Shown here one piece after another: positions 19,822 through 29,578 of a stretch of DNA of 64,000 bases; position 1 is the stretch's first letter, and the number at the start of each line of letters is the position of its first letter. The stretch lies in assembly GCA_011087645.1 (NCBI GenBank), contig JAALLF010000001.1, positions 208,046-272,045 on the forward strand. Direction: 5' to 3'. The stretch is from Alphaproteobacteria bacterium (GTDB lineage Bacteria; Pseudomonadota; Alphaproteobacteria; UBA6615). The notes beneath the pieces were generated by a model. It searched no databases. It was not told the DNA's origin and saw only the letters and a program-made list of their open reading frames with translations. A program made the position numbers and the translations under genes.

Positions 19822-20883
19822 CTATTCCGCGCTGGCGAGGCGGTCATTGAGGACTTCGCTGTAACCGAACAGCGCCGGCGTACCGCCGGTATGCAGGAAG
19901 ACCACCGTCGATCCGCGGGCGATGACGCCCTCTTTCGCGAGATGAACCAGCCCGGCCAGGGCGCGGCCAGAATAGACCGTATCGAGCATCAATCCCTCGG
20001 TGCGCGCCGCCAATAACACAGCCTCGTAAGTCGCGTCGTTCAACCGGCCATAGCCCGGCGACAGCACGTCATCGACCGTGCGAATATCGTCGCCGGAGAC
20101 GACGGTCGGCAATCCGAGCAGCTCCTCGACATTTCGGCAGTTGTCGGCGATACGCTGCGCCTGGGCGTCGGCGTCGCGGCGGACACAAATGCCGAACACC
20201 GGCGCGCGAACGCCCAGCGCCCGCAGGCCGACCAGAAAACCGCCATGGGTCATGCCGCTGCCAGAGGGCACCACGAAGGCGTCGATAGCGTCTGGGCCGT
20301 CCAACTGTTCGACCAGTTCCATCGCCCCTTTGACATAACCCAGCGCACCGATCGGTGGATTTCCCGGTCCCAACGGGATGACATAGGGGTTGAAGCCTTG
20401 GCGCCGCTCTTCGTCGGCAATTTCATGCAGGCGCGCGTCCGCGCCGGCCTCGTCCTCGCCTTCGGGATAGGTATGGACCATCGCGCCCAACAGCCGGTCG
20501 ACCAGCACATTGCCGCTATTCACGTAGCATTCGTCGTAGAGCGGAACCCGGTCTTCCAATTGCACATGACAGCGCAGGCCCAACTTGGCGGCCGCTCCGG
20601 CAGCCGCTCGGACATAATTAGACTGAACCGCGCCGGTAATCAGGATCGTATCGGCGTTCTGCGCCAGCGCTTTGCCCAGATAAAATTCAAGCTGGCGGAT
20701 CTTGTTGCCGCCAAAGGCCAACCCGGTGGCGTCGTCGCGCTTTATATGGAGATCCAAACCCAGCGCGTCGCCCAACCGCGGCGCCGCATCGAGTGGCGTC
20801 GGGTAATGGCCCAGGGGCGTCGCGGGAAATGCCGCCAGCAGGCCCGAGACATCGTGGCGCATCGTCATGACTTCTGTATCCAA
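19822..20883 (-). CDS. PLP-dependent D-cysteine desulfhydrase / ACC-deaminase-family enzyme
   Basis: Fold-II PLP family with a lysine motif in ...FGGNKIRQLEF... The nearest relatives named precisely are DcyD/ACC deaminase. Confidence 0.8.
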   Translation of the reverse strand: MDTEVMTMRHDVSGLLAAFPATPLGHYPTPLDAAPRLGDALGLDLHIKRDDATGLAFGGNKIRQLEFYLGKALAQNADTILITGAVQSNYVRAAAGAAAKLGLRCHVQLEDRVPLYDECYVNSGNVLVDRLLGAMVHTYPEGEDEAGADARLHEIADEERRQGFNPYVIPLGPGNPPIGALGYVKGAMELVEQLDGPDAIDAFVVPSGSGMTHGGFLVGLRALGVRAPVFGICVRRDADAQAQRIADNCRNVEELLGLPTVVSGDDIRTVDDVLSPGYGRLNDATYEAVLLAARTEGLMLDTVYSGRALAGLVHLAKEGVIARGSTVVFLHTGGTPALFGYSEVLNDRLASAE

Positions 20884-20964
20884 TTTACAATCATCGACAA
20901 CACCTCGCTTAGTTGCCTCCGCCGGTCAAGTCCGGGGTAACATAAAGCGCGAACTGGGCGGTTA

Positions 20965-21152
20965 GCCCCTCTCCCGCCGGGAGAGGGGTCGGGGTGAGGG
21001 GACATAATTCCATCCGCACCACCTCATCCTGAACTCGTCGAAGGATCGAGGTGGTGCGGCCCTCATACTTCGACAAGCGAGCCATGAGATGACTAATTTC
21101 CCCTCACCCGGCTCGCTGCTGCTCGCCACCCTCTCCCAACGGGAGAGGGTTT
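20965..21152. repeat. Mosaic intergenic repeat element, copy 4; ends with CCCTCTCCC-AAC-GGGAGAGGG plus T6
   Basis: Carries CCCCTCTCCC-GCC-GGGAGAGGGG, CACCTCATCCTGAACTCGTCGAAGGATCGAGGTGGTG and CCTCATACTTCGACAAGCG. Confidence 0.6.
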
Positions 21153-21153
21153 T

Positions 21154-22314
21154 TTACCCCAGCGCGTATTCCAGCTCGGCAAGCAGGTCGCGGGCGTCTT
21201 CCACGCCGACCGACAAGCGCACCAGACTGTCGCTGATGCCCAGCTCGGCGCGTTGTTCGGCGGGGATCGAGGCGTGGGTCATGATCGCCGGGTGCTCGAT
21301 CAGGCTTTCCACCCCCCCCAGGCTCTCGGCCAGGGCGAACAGCCGGCAGCGCTCGAGGAAGGCAACGCTTTCGTCGAGCCCACCTTTTAGGATGACCGTC
21401 ACCATGCCGCCGAAGCCGTTCATCTGCCGGCTTGCCAGTTCGTATTGCGGATGGCTTTCCAGCCCGGGATAGATCACCTGTTCGACCGCCGCGTGGCCCT
21501 CAAGATATTCGGCGACCTGTTGGGCGTTGTTGGCGTGCTGGGCCATGCGCAGGTGCAGGGTTTTCAGCGCGCGCAGCGACAGGAAACTGTCGAACGGCCC
21601 GGCGATGGCGCCCACCGCGTTCTGCAGATAGGCCAGTTGCTCGGCCAGATCGTCACGCTCAACCACCACCACGCCGCCGACCACATCGGAGTGGCCGTTG
21701 AGATATTTGGTCGCCGAATGGACGACGATATCGATGCCGTGATCGAGCGGCCGCTGGATGTAGGGCGACGCGAAGGTGTTGTCGCACACGGTGATCAGCC
21801 CATGCTCTTTGGCGACCGCGGCGACCGCCGACAAATCGACGATGCGCAGCATCGGGTTGGTCGGCGTCTCCACCCAGATCATCTTGGTGTTGGGCTTGAT
21901 CGCCGCGGCGATGCGATCCGGATCGGTCATATCGACCAGGGTGAAATCCAGATTGGCGGTGCGCCGGCGCACATTTTCGAAGATCCGGAAGGTGCCGCCA
22001 TACAGATCGTCCATCGAGATAACATGATCGCCGCTATCGAGTAACTCGAGGATGGTGCCGATCGCCGCCATGCCCGAGGCAAAGGCAAAGCCCGAGCTGC
22101 CATTCTCCAGATCGGCGATGCAAGCCTCGTAAGCCCCGCGCGTCGGGTTCTGAGTGCGGGCATATTCATAGCCCTTATGCTTGCCGGGGCTCTCCTGGAC
22201 GAAGGTCGAGGTGGCGTAGATCGGCGTCATGATCGCGCCGGTCGTCGGGTCGGGCTGCTGGCCGGCGTGGATGGCGCGCGTGGCAAATCGCGGCCGGTTG
22301 GTCTTCTCGGTCAT
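21154..22314 (-). CDS. Cys/Met-metabolism PLP enzyme (cystathionine gamma-lyase/beta-lyase/gamma-synthase family)
   Basis: Fold-I PLP family with the SATKYLNGHSDVVGG PLP-lysine motif. Confidence 0.85.
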   Translation of the reverse strand: MTEKTNRPRFATRAIHAGQQPDPTTGAIMTPIYATSTFVQESPGKHKGYEYARTQNPTRGAYEACIADLENGSSGFAFASGMAAIGTILELLDSGDHVISMDDLYGGTFRIFENVRRRTANLDFTLVDMTDPDRIAAAIKPNTKMIWVETPTNPMLRIVDLSAVAAVAKEHGLITVCDNTFASPYIQRPLDHGIDIVVHSATKYLNGHSDVVGGVVVVERDDLAEQLAYLQNAVGAIAGPFDSFLSLRALKTLHLRMAQHANNAQQVAEYLEGHAAVEQVIYPGLESHPQYELASRQMNGFGGMVTVILKGGLDESVAFLERCRLFALAESLGGVESLIEHPAIMTHASIPAEQRAELGISDSLVRLSVGVEDARDLLAELEYALG

Positions 22315-22361
22315 AAGATCTGATGGCTCCGTAAATACTCAGACAGTTCGACGGTCACGTC

Positions 22362-22787
22362 TTAATCGATGATCGCCACCGCGTCGATTTCAATCAGACA
22401 TCTTGGGTCGGTCGCCAACTGCACCACCTGCACCGTCGTCGTGGTCGGCTTGTTGTCGCCAAAATATTCGCCCCATACTTTATTGAGCGAATCTTGGTCG
22501 GCCAGATCGGTGCAATACCGGTTAGCGGTGACGATATCGGCGAAGGTCGCGCCGACGGAATCGAGACCCTTCTTGATGTTTTCCAGCACCATGCGGGTCT
22601 GGCCCTCCATATCCGGCGGAATGCCGTCGAACTCTTCCGGCACATGGGGGTGGCTGTGATAAACCGGCGTCGCCGTACAGCCCGCTAGATAGACCGTGGT
22701 GCCGCCCTTGACCTTGATCGCCGGGGCATAGGGCATCCACATATCCGGTGCGTCGGGCCAGTGAATATGTTCGATTTCTTTCGCCAT
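22362..22787 (-). CDS. RidA/YjgF-family reactive-intermediate deaminase
   Basis: 141 aa of the YjgF/chorismate-mutase-like fold. Immediately downstream of, and co-oriented with, the PLP lyase. Confidence 0.8.
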   Translation of the reverse strand: MAKEIEHIHWPDAPDMWMPYAPAIKVKGGTTVYLAGCTATPVYHSHPHVPEEFDGIPPDMEGQTRMVLENIKKGLDSVGATFADIVTANRYCTDLADQDSLNKVWGEYFGDNKPTTTTVQVVQLATDPRCLIEIDAVAIID

Positions 22788-22865
22788 GATGGGCCTCCTT
22801 TTATGTGATTTGTTGCGCGCCAGTGTAGCGGGATATTCGCGTCCGAAACAGCGGCGGTTGTGCGA

Positions 22866-23852
22866 TTACGCGTCGTACGGCTCGTGGTGTCCCTTGCCCA
22901 GCGGATCACGGTAAGCGTCGGCGTTTTCCAGCAACCCGCGCGCCAACAGATCCTTGAATGAAGCGATGCTCTGCGCCACGCCGGTCGCCAGGCCGATGCG
23001 TGGCCAGTCGCCGACCAACGCGCGCAAAGCGCTATCGTCGAGCCCGCTCACGAAGGGTAGCGGGTCGCCGTCGATGCGCATTTGGGCCTCGGGCGCCACT
23101 TGGCTGATCGCCGCGATAACCTCGGCAATGGTGGTATCGGCGCCGCACAGATCGCAGACATGGACGCCGTCAACACCCGCTCGCGCCGTGCGAATAAACG
23201 CGTCGGCGACCTCGACCGTGTGCTGCAGCATGATCGGCCCGTCGAAGGGGACGGTAAAACGCTGCCCGCCGGCGGCCGCCAGCATCGCCTTGGTCGGCGC
23301 CGCGGTGACCCCCTGGTCGCGGCCGGGGCCATAGACCGTGTGGGGGCGGATACCGATGCTCGGCACCTGCCAGGTGCGCCAATAGACATCGGCGATGGCT
23401 TCGTCGGCCATCTTGAACGCGCCATACAGGGTGCTCGGCCATTTTTCGTCACCCGGCGGCAACGCGGCGACCGAACTGGCATAGGCCAGCCCCTTGATCC
23501 CCAGCGACCGCGCCGCCTCGAAGACATTAACCTGACCGACCACATTGACCTGAGCGCCCATAACCGGGTCGGCGTTGCAGAACGGCACTTGCAGGGCCGC
23601 CAGATGAACGATCGCCGCTATATTGTGGTCGGACATGACGTCCTTCAGCAGGTCCGGCTCGCGGATATCGCCGGTCACCCACGCCACCGCGTCGGCCGCC
23701 GCGCCATCCATCATCAAATGCAGGCGGCGGCGATCCTCAGCGATATCGAAGACCACCGGCGTGCCCCCATCACGCACCAGATTGGCGACCACCTGCGCGC
23801 CGATACAGCCCGCCGCGCCAATCACCAGAACCGGTCCGTCGGATAATGCCAT
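22866..23852 (-). CDS. NAD-dependent epimerase/dehydratase-family protein
   Basis: N-terminal VLVIGAAGCIGAQVV Rossmann motif and a YGAFK active-site motif. Confidence 0.8.
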   Translation of the reverse strand: MALSDGPVLVIGAAGCIGAQVVANLVRDGGTPVVFDIAEDRRRLHLMMDGAAADAVAWVTGDIREPDLLKDVMSDHNIAAIVHLAALQVPFCNADPVMGAQVNVVGQVNVFEAARSLGIKGLAYASSVAALPPGDEKWPSTLYGAFKMADEAIADVYWRTWQVPSIGIRPHTVYGPGRDQGVTAAPTKAMLAAAGGQRFTVPFDGPIMLQHTVEVADAFIRTARAGVDGVHVCDLCGADTTIAEVIAAISQVAPEAQMRIDGDPLPFVSGLDDSALRALVGDWPRIGLATGVAQSIASFKDLLARGLLENADAYRDPLGKGHHEPYDA

Positions 23853-24033
23853 TTTTACCTCCCCGTCGGACTGTGCCCGGGCCGCAATTTATTACCCAAG
23901 CACAGCAGGTCATAGGTGCTCTAAACCATTTGTTTACCCTATTCGTGCTCCTGTCGCGTGTGAACCGCGGCGAAGATAATAATGCCTTCTCCCGCCGGAT
24001 TACGGGGCGAAACTCGTCCCCAACAATGGACCA

Positions 24034-25458
24034 ATGATCGACCAACTGCCCCAAGGTATTTCAGACAGCTTCCTCAGCGGTGACTACCGCAAGACGGTCG
24101 CCAGCCTGGACGACGTGCTGGCGCTTGTGAAGACCAGCGAAATCGGGCCGGAACATATCGGGCAGGTCACGCCACCGCTGCGTGAGATTCTGCAAAATGC
24201 CGAGCGTGTTCACAACGAGCACGTCGAGCAAATTTCGACCGGCAAGGGTACCGTGCACCATCACACCCTCGTCGTGCGCAAGGTCGAAGAGGTCGTCGAC
24301 GAACTGGCCAATTGCGGTGCCGAAAAAACCGGCGAATTGATCCAGCTGTCGGCGGAGATCCATTACCTGATGCGCGATCTGGACAAGGCCATCGCCGTCC
24401 TAAAGGACAATGAAGAGATAGTCGCCGGCGATGGCCGTGCGATGCAGTTGCTCGCCACCTGCTACATGTTGAACGACCAGCCCGATGAAGCCGATCAATA
24501 TATCGGCATCGCGCTGAAAAAGGCGCCGGATGATTCCGAAAACATTCGTCTTGCCGGAAAAATCGCCGACCTCAAAAAGAAAGGCGGCCGCCGCCGCATC
24601 GTTTCCGGCCGCTGGCCCCACTCGTTGACGCCGCCATCGGAGCTCGAGACTGCGGCCAGGGACCTCGTACTCGCCGAAAATCCCTTCGACCGGGCCCTTC
24701 TTAGCGACCGGTCGCGCGTCGTCACCGTGGGCTCGTGCTTCGCCAACAACCTGGCTGCAATTTTCAAGCGGTTCGGCAGGGACGCCTTCTCCTTTCCATT
24801 CGGCGAAGAAATCAACAACACCTATACGAACCGGCTGGTCTTCGAGGCGCTTAGCAACGATGCCGGCGAGAACCGGACGACCACGTTGTCCGAGCTCGGT
24901 ATGTCGCAAGAGAGCGTGGACACGTTCGGCGATTATCTTCGAACGTCGGACATACTGGTCTACACGTTGGGCGTATCCCAGGGATTTTTCGACAGCGACG
25001 GCAAGCCGGTTCAATTAAAGGGCTTTGGCGGAGTCGACCGGACGTTGCTGAACAGCGCGGAATACCGGAATATTTCCGTGGCCGAGAACGTCGCCAATGT
25101 CGGGGCAATTATCGAGTGCGTGCGCAACCTGAACCCCGAGATCGCGATCGTCTTCACCGTATCGCCGGTCCCCCTGGCGCGCACCTTCAATTCGCGCGCC
25201 GTCGTCACCAGCGACTGTGTTTCGAAATCGGCGCTGCGGGTAACGGCAGCGGAGCTGACCCAGGGTCAGGCTGACCGGAAAATCTATTACTGGCCGTCGT
25301 TCGAAATCGCCAAGTGGATGGCACCCCATATGGCAGTCGAATCGATGGAAGATTACCATTTCGGCGCCGACGATCTTTATTCCCGCCACGTGTCTGACCA
25401 TGTCGTTGAGACAATCGTCCGCCTCTTCATCGAGTTCTCCTCAGGCGAAGCGGCATAA
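24034..25458 (+). CDS. Two-domain protein: N-terminal helical/TPR-like region (about 200 aa) plus C-terminal GSCFA-family domain
   Basis: The literal GSCFANN motif, then TVSPVPLARTF and YWPSFEI blocks typical of the GSCFA domain of unknown function. GC is slightly below the window average. Confidence 0.7.
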   Translation: MIDQLPQGISDSFLSGDYRKTVASLDDVLALVKTSEIGPEHIGQVTPPLREILQNAERVHNEHVEQISTGKGTVHHHTLVVRKVEEVVDELANCGAEKTGELIQLSAEIHYLMRDLDKAIAVLKDNEEIVAGDGRAMQLLATCYMLNDQPDEADQYIGIALKKAPDDSENIRLAGKIADLKKKGGRRRIVSGRWPHSLTPPSELETAARDLVLAENPFDRALLSDRSRVVTVGSCFANNLAAIFKRFGRDAFSFPFGEEINNTYTNRLVFEALSNDAGENRTTTLSELGMSQESVDTFGDYLRTSDILVYTLGVSQGFFDSDGKPVQLKGFGGVDRTLLNSAEYRNISVAENVANVGAIIECVRNLNPEIAIVFTVSPVPLARTFNSRAVVTSDCVSKSALRVTAAELTQGQADRKIYYWPSFEIAKWMAPHMAVESMEDYHFGADDLYSRHVSDHVVETIVRLFIEFSSGEAA

Positions 25459-25545
25459 ACTCACTTCTATATCTCACTGTCGAAGTTTCCCCATCCAGAT
25501 TTATCGCGGTATCCGATCTGTAACCGGACATGTCGGATGCGGCGA

Positions 25546-26391
25546 TCAGCCCCCGCGGTTCCAGCCCCACCAGGCACAGACGGCGTCGCCCATGACCAGG
25601 CGCTTGTCGTCCTCGCTGAGCCCGGGCAACGCTTCGGTGAACATGGTGATGCATTCCCGCCACGAGCACGGCATCTTGGTGATGTCGGTGCCCCAGAACG
25701 TACGCTCTGGCCCGAAGGCGTCAAAAATTTGGCGAACGTAGGTCTGCATGATCGGGAAGGGATAGGGCTCGCCCGAATAACCGGGCGCGCCGGTGACCTT
25801 GACCGACACGTTGGGGTATTTCGCCATCGCCAGCAGCTCCGGTATATGGGTCATTGCCTCGTGGTCTTTCAGGGTGGTCAGGCCGCCGCGGCCGCCCAGG
25901 TGATCGATGGTGAGCCGCAGGCCCGGATGACGCTCTGCAACACCAGCGATCAGATCCATCGAATCCGTCGCCAGCATGGCGATCGGTACGCCGGCCGCCT
26001 CTGCCGCCGGCCACAGCCAGTCGAACTCGCCATCGTGTAGCCATTGGCGCTCCGGATCGTTGAGCATCACATAGCGCAGGCCGAGCATGCCCGGCTGTTC
26101 GAGCAAAGTGGCCACCTGGTCTCTCGATTGTGGGTCCGTCGGCGGCAGCTCGCCGAGCATGGCAAACCGCCCGGGGTATTTTTCAACCGCGTCCAGCGCC
26201 ACCTGATGGCAGTTGGGATCCCAATGGACCAAATGGATAACCGCAGCATCGACGCCGGCTTCGTCCATCATGGCGATGGCTTCTTCCGCCGGAAAGGATG
26301 TCACCTGGCGGTGGGAAAGGTTACTGGGCAAACCGTTGCCCCACAAATGTATCTGCGCATCGACAATCCGCATATCTTCGTCATTCGTCAT
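25546..26391 (-). CDS. Amidohydrolase-2 (PF04909-type, ACMSD/LigI-like) metal-dependent hydrolase
   Basis: N-terminal IVDAQIHLW (HxH-type metal ligands) and TIM-barrel signature motifs. The alternative start is MRIV at 26373. Confidence 0.75.
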   Translation of the reverse strand: MTNDEDMRIVDAQIHLWGNGLPSNLSHRQVTSFPAEEAIAMMDEAGVDAAVIHLVHWDPNCHQVALDAVEKYPGRFAMLGELPPTDPQSRDQVATLLEQPGMLGLRYVMLNDPERQWLHDGEFDWLWPAAEAAGVPIAMLATDSMDLIAGVAERHPGLRLTIDHLGGRGGLTTLKDHEAMTHIPELLAMAKYPNVSVKVTGAPGYSGEPYPFPIMQTYVRQIFDAFGPERTFWGTDITKMPCSWRECITMFTEALPGLSEDDKRLVMGDAVCAWWGWNRGG

Positions 26392-26556
26392 TCGCTTAGC
26401 CCGTCTTGATCAGAAATTTCTATGTGGCATCGTTCACAAAGCCTAATTGTAGCGCGAGATAGTCTAGATGCGAACGCGCTGGTCACGTTCGACAACATAT
26501 CGGCCTAATAAGGCGCAAACTTGTAATCCGCTCACAGTTCAAGGAGCACAGACCTG

Positions 26557-27438
26557 ATGATTAGCGCCGTGATGCCCTACAAAAAGAAGACCGTTCAGGT
26601 GAACGGTTACGACATCGCTTATGTCGACGAGGGCGACGGCGATCCAATCGTCTTCGTTCACGGCAATGCGAACTCGTCGTATATGTGGCGCAACATCATG
26701 CCGCACCTGACAGGGCTCGGCCGGCTGATCGCCATCGACAATATCGGCCAGGGCGATTCGGAGAAGCTTCGCGACAGCGGTCCCGACAGCTATATGCTCG
26801 CCGAGCACCAGGTCTATTTCGACGGCGCGCTGGCGGCGCTCGGCGTGGACCACAACGTCACGCTGGTGGTGCACGATTGGGGCGGCACGCTCGGCCTGTC
26901 CTGGGCGGAGCGTCATCCGAGTGCAATCAAAGGGGTCGCCCATAGCGAAATCGTCGTCGCCAACCATGAAAGCTACGAGGCTTACCCCGACGGGCACGGC
27001 GAACGCATACGGCGGGCGCAGGGGCCGGACGGCGAAGCGTTGGTACTCGACGATAACTTCTTCGTCGAGAGGGTGTTCACCGGCGGCGTCATCCGCGAGA
27101 TGGATGGCCAAGCGATGGCCGAGATCCGCCGCCCCTATGAAGAGCCCGGTGAGGCGCGCCGCCCAACCTTGTCCTGGGTGCGGCAGATTCCGATCGGCGG
27201 CAAACCGGCCAATGTCGCGGAACTCAGCGGGCGGCTATCGGCATGGATGGCGACAACGGATTTTCCGAAACTGTTCATCCAAGCCGACCCGGGGCAAATC
27301 ATCTTCGGGGCCGATCTCGACATCATCGACAGCTGGCCCAACCAGTCGCGCATCCGGGTCAAGGGCCTGCATCATCCGCAGGAAGATTCTCCTGACGACA
27401 TCGGCAAGGGGCTCGCCGACTGGTATCGAAGCATCTGA
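26557..27438 (+). CDS. Haloalkane dehalogenase, HLD-II subfamily (DhaA-like)
   Basis: Aligns along its length with Rhodococcus DhaA. Matching blocks: HGNANSSYMWRNI (halide-stabilising Asn), VHDWGG (Asp nucleophile and Trp), IPIGGKPANV, and HHPQEDSPDDIG (catalytic His). AAGGAG RBS. Confidence 0.85.
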   Translation: MISAVMPYKKKTVQVNGYDIAYVDEGDGDPIVFVHGNANSSYMWRNIMPHLTGLGRLIAIDNIGQGDSEKLRDSGPDSYMLAEHQVYFDGALAALGVDHNVTLVVHDWGGTLGLSWAERHPSAIKGVAHSEIVVANHESYEAYPDGHGERIRRAQGPDGEALVLDDNFFVERVFTGGVIREMDGQAMAEIRRPYEEPGEARRPTLSWVRQIPIGGKPANVAELSGRLSAWMATTDFPKLFIQADPGQIIFGADLDIIDSWPNQSRIRVKGLHHPQEDSPDDIGKGLADWYRSI

Positions 27439-27464
27439 CGCCGCGTGGGGTAGAGGCCTGCCAA

Positions 27465-28496
27465 TTACTGGCGCACCAGATCGAGATTGCTCGGATCGGG
27501 TTTCAATTCGCCGGCATGAATCTGACGGCTCAGCTCGACCATGTGCTCGCACACGGGCGCGGGCCGGCCGTTTTTCTCGCATTCCTCCGCGACCAGGCCA
27601 TTGATCAGGGCAGTCTCGCAGAGGCGGCCCTTCATATGATCCTGCAGAGAGGTGTTGACCGGCCCGGGGCCAATGTCGAGCAGGATCTTGTCGAGCAGGG
27701 TCTCCAGCAGGTTATTGGTGTTGGTGACGTCTTCCGGCTTCAGCCCAAATACCGGCACGATCTTATAATCGAGCGATTGGCCGGCCGCCAAAGCCTCCTC
27801 GCCCGCCTGGAGAAACCATTCGCGCGCGCGCTGCGCGTAGGCCGCGCCGTTCTGCTTTAAGATCTGTTCGGGCGTGCCGCCGAGGATCGCCATCGACCCC
27901 ATGATCATGGAATTGACGATCAGCTTCATCCATTTCGCCGAAAGAATATCGTCGATCACTTCCAGCCGCCCGGAGTGGCCGAGAATCTCGGCGACCAGGT
28001 CGATATGGCGTTCTTGCGACGGGTCGAAGGCGCCGATGCCGTACCAAGTGTGATCCTTCGTGGTGCTGCGACGGACTTCGCCGGGTTCGAATATTTGTGA
28101 CGCCAGCTCGACGACACAACCCAGCGTGCGCTCGACACCGACGATCTCGGCGATTTCCTCAGCGGTCATGGCGTTCTGCACCCCGACCATCACGCCGTCT
28201 TCAGCGATGTATGGCTTGATGAACTCGGCTAGCCAGCGCGTGTCATAGGCTTTCGACACGAGAAGCACGACATCGAATTTTTCGGTGAACGTGCAAACGT
28301 CGCTCAAGTGAAAGGCGTTCACCGCCAGATTGGTTTCATCTTCGCCACTGGCGATCGTCAGACCGTTCGCCCGCATCTCCTCGATGTGCGCGCCCCACAT
28401 GTCAATCATGGTCACGTCCAAGCCCGCCTGGATCAGATCGGCGGAGATGACGCTTCCGTTTGCCCCTGTTCCCAGTATCGCGATTTTCTTATTCAT
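27465..28496 (-). CDS. Ketopantoate reductase (ApbA/PanE)-family NAD(P)-dependent oxidoreductase
   Basis: N-terminal IAILGTGANGS Rossmann motif and a C-terminal PanE helical domain. GGAGG RBS precedes ATG 28496, so the longer ORF to 28739 is rejected. Confidence 0.7.
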   Translation of the reverse strand: MNKKIAILGTGANGSVISADLIQAGLDVTMIDMWGAHIEEMRANGLTIASGEDETNLAVNAFHLSDVCTFTEKFDVVLLVSKAYDTRWLAEFIKPYIAEDGVMVGVQNAMTAEEIAEIVGVERTLGCVVELASQIFEPGEVRRSTTKDHTWYGIGAFDPSQERHIDLVAEILGHSGRLEVIDDILSAKWMKLIVNSMIMGSMAILGGTPEQILKQNGAAYAQRAREWFLQAGEEALAAGQSLDYKIVPVFGLKPEDVTNTNNLLETLLDKILLDIGPGPVNTSLQDHMKGRLCETALINGLVAEECEKNGRPAPVCEHMVELSRQIHAGELKPDPSNLDLVRQ

Positions 28497-28696
28497 TGGT
28501 TCCTGCCTCCAGTATCTATGTTCAACATCATAGGTTGTTGTTATTCGGCGCCTATATCCAATCGATAGCGATCGCGCAGCTTGCCAGTCTACGCCACCCG
28601 GCCGGCCCGGTGGAGAGGATATTTCACCGCAAGCCTCTGGTCGCCCGATACGACCACCTGTAGAATTTAGGGAGAAGATTAGCGGGAGGCCACGCC

Positions 28697-29569
28697 ATGA
28701 GTAGCCAAGAACAAGAGCTCGGCTCGCCGCCGGGGCCATCCGAGATTGAAGTGCCGATCCACTATATGGTGGACACCGGCGAAACGCCGGTTTTCCACCA
28801 AACGGCTTCGGCCGCCGACCCGGTCACCATGCGCGGCACGCGCGAGGCGCGTCCGATGACCATTCGCAACGCGCGCCTGCAGCCCGATGGCTTCTCGCTC
28901 GACGTGGAGGGGTTCACCTTCGCCGAGCATGTCACCGCGGTGGCCGATTTCTACGACGATGCGCAGTTGTCGTCGGTGTATACGCCGGAGATCGAACAGC
29001 TCATCGCCCGGATAGCCGGCGCCAGCGAGGTGGTGGTGTTCGACCACACCCGCCGCTCCACTGATGGCGCGCAACGGGTGAAGCGCGACTGGCGCGACCC
29101 GGTTCCCCTGCCGCACAGCGACTATACGGACGCATCGGCGGCGCAGCGTATGCGCGATGTGTTCGGTGACGGCGCAGACGACAGGCTGACCCGGCGCTTT
29201 GCCGTGGTGAATGTCTGGCGATCGATGACCGGCCCGATCGAACAGTGGCCGGTGGCGGTGTGCGATGCCCGTACGATCAACGACGATAGGATGCATAAAA
29301 TCGTGCGCAGCGCGCCACATCGCACCGAACCGTCCTTCGAATATTCGCGCAGCAGTGAGACCCGCCATGCGTCCTACGACGCCAACCACCGCTGGTTCTA
29401 TTTTCCGCAAATGACCCGCAACGAGACCCTGCTGTTCAAGAACTACGATACGTTGCGCGACGGTACCGCGCGCTATGCGCTGCACTCGGCTTTTGAAGAC
29501 CCGACCAGCCCATCCGATCCGGCACCGCGCGAAAGCATCGAGAGCAGAGCCTTTTTATTCTTCGATTAG
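28697..29569 (+). CDS. CmcJ/NvfI-family (7-alpha-cephem-methoxylase P8-like) putative oxygenase, paralog 1
   Basis: Shares the blocks WRDPVPLPHSDYT, VNVWRSM..PLAVCDAR, RWFYFPQMTRNETLLFK and HSAFEDP with the paralog at 34645 and with this family. Confidence 0.65.
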   Translation: MSSQEQELGSPPGPSEIEVPIHYMVDTGETPVFHQTASAADPVTMRGTREARPMTIRNARLQPDGFSLDVEGFTFAEHVTAVADFYDDAQLSSVYTPEIEQLIARIAGASEVVVFDHTRRSTDGAQRVKRDWRDPVPLPHSDYTDASAAQRMRDVFGDGADDRLTRRFAVVNVWRSMTGPIEQWPVAVCDARTINDDRMHKIVRSAPHRTEPSFEYSRSSETRHASYDANHRWFYFPQMTRNETLLFKNYDTLRDGTARYALHSAFEDPTSPSDPAPRESIESRAFLFFD

Positions 29570-29578
29570 GCGCGCGGT

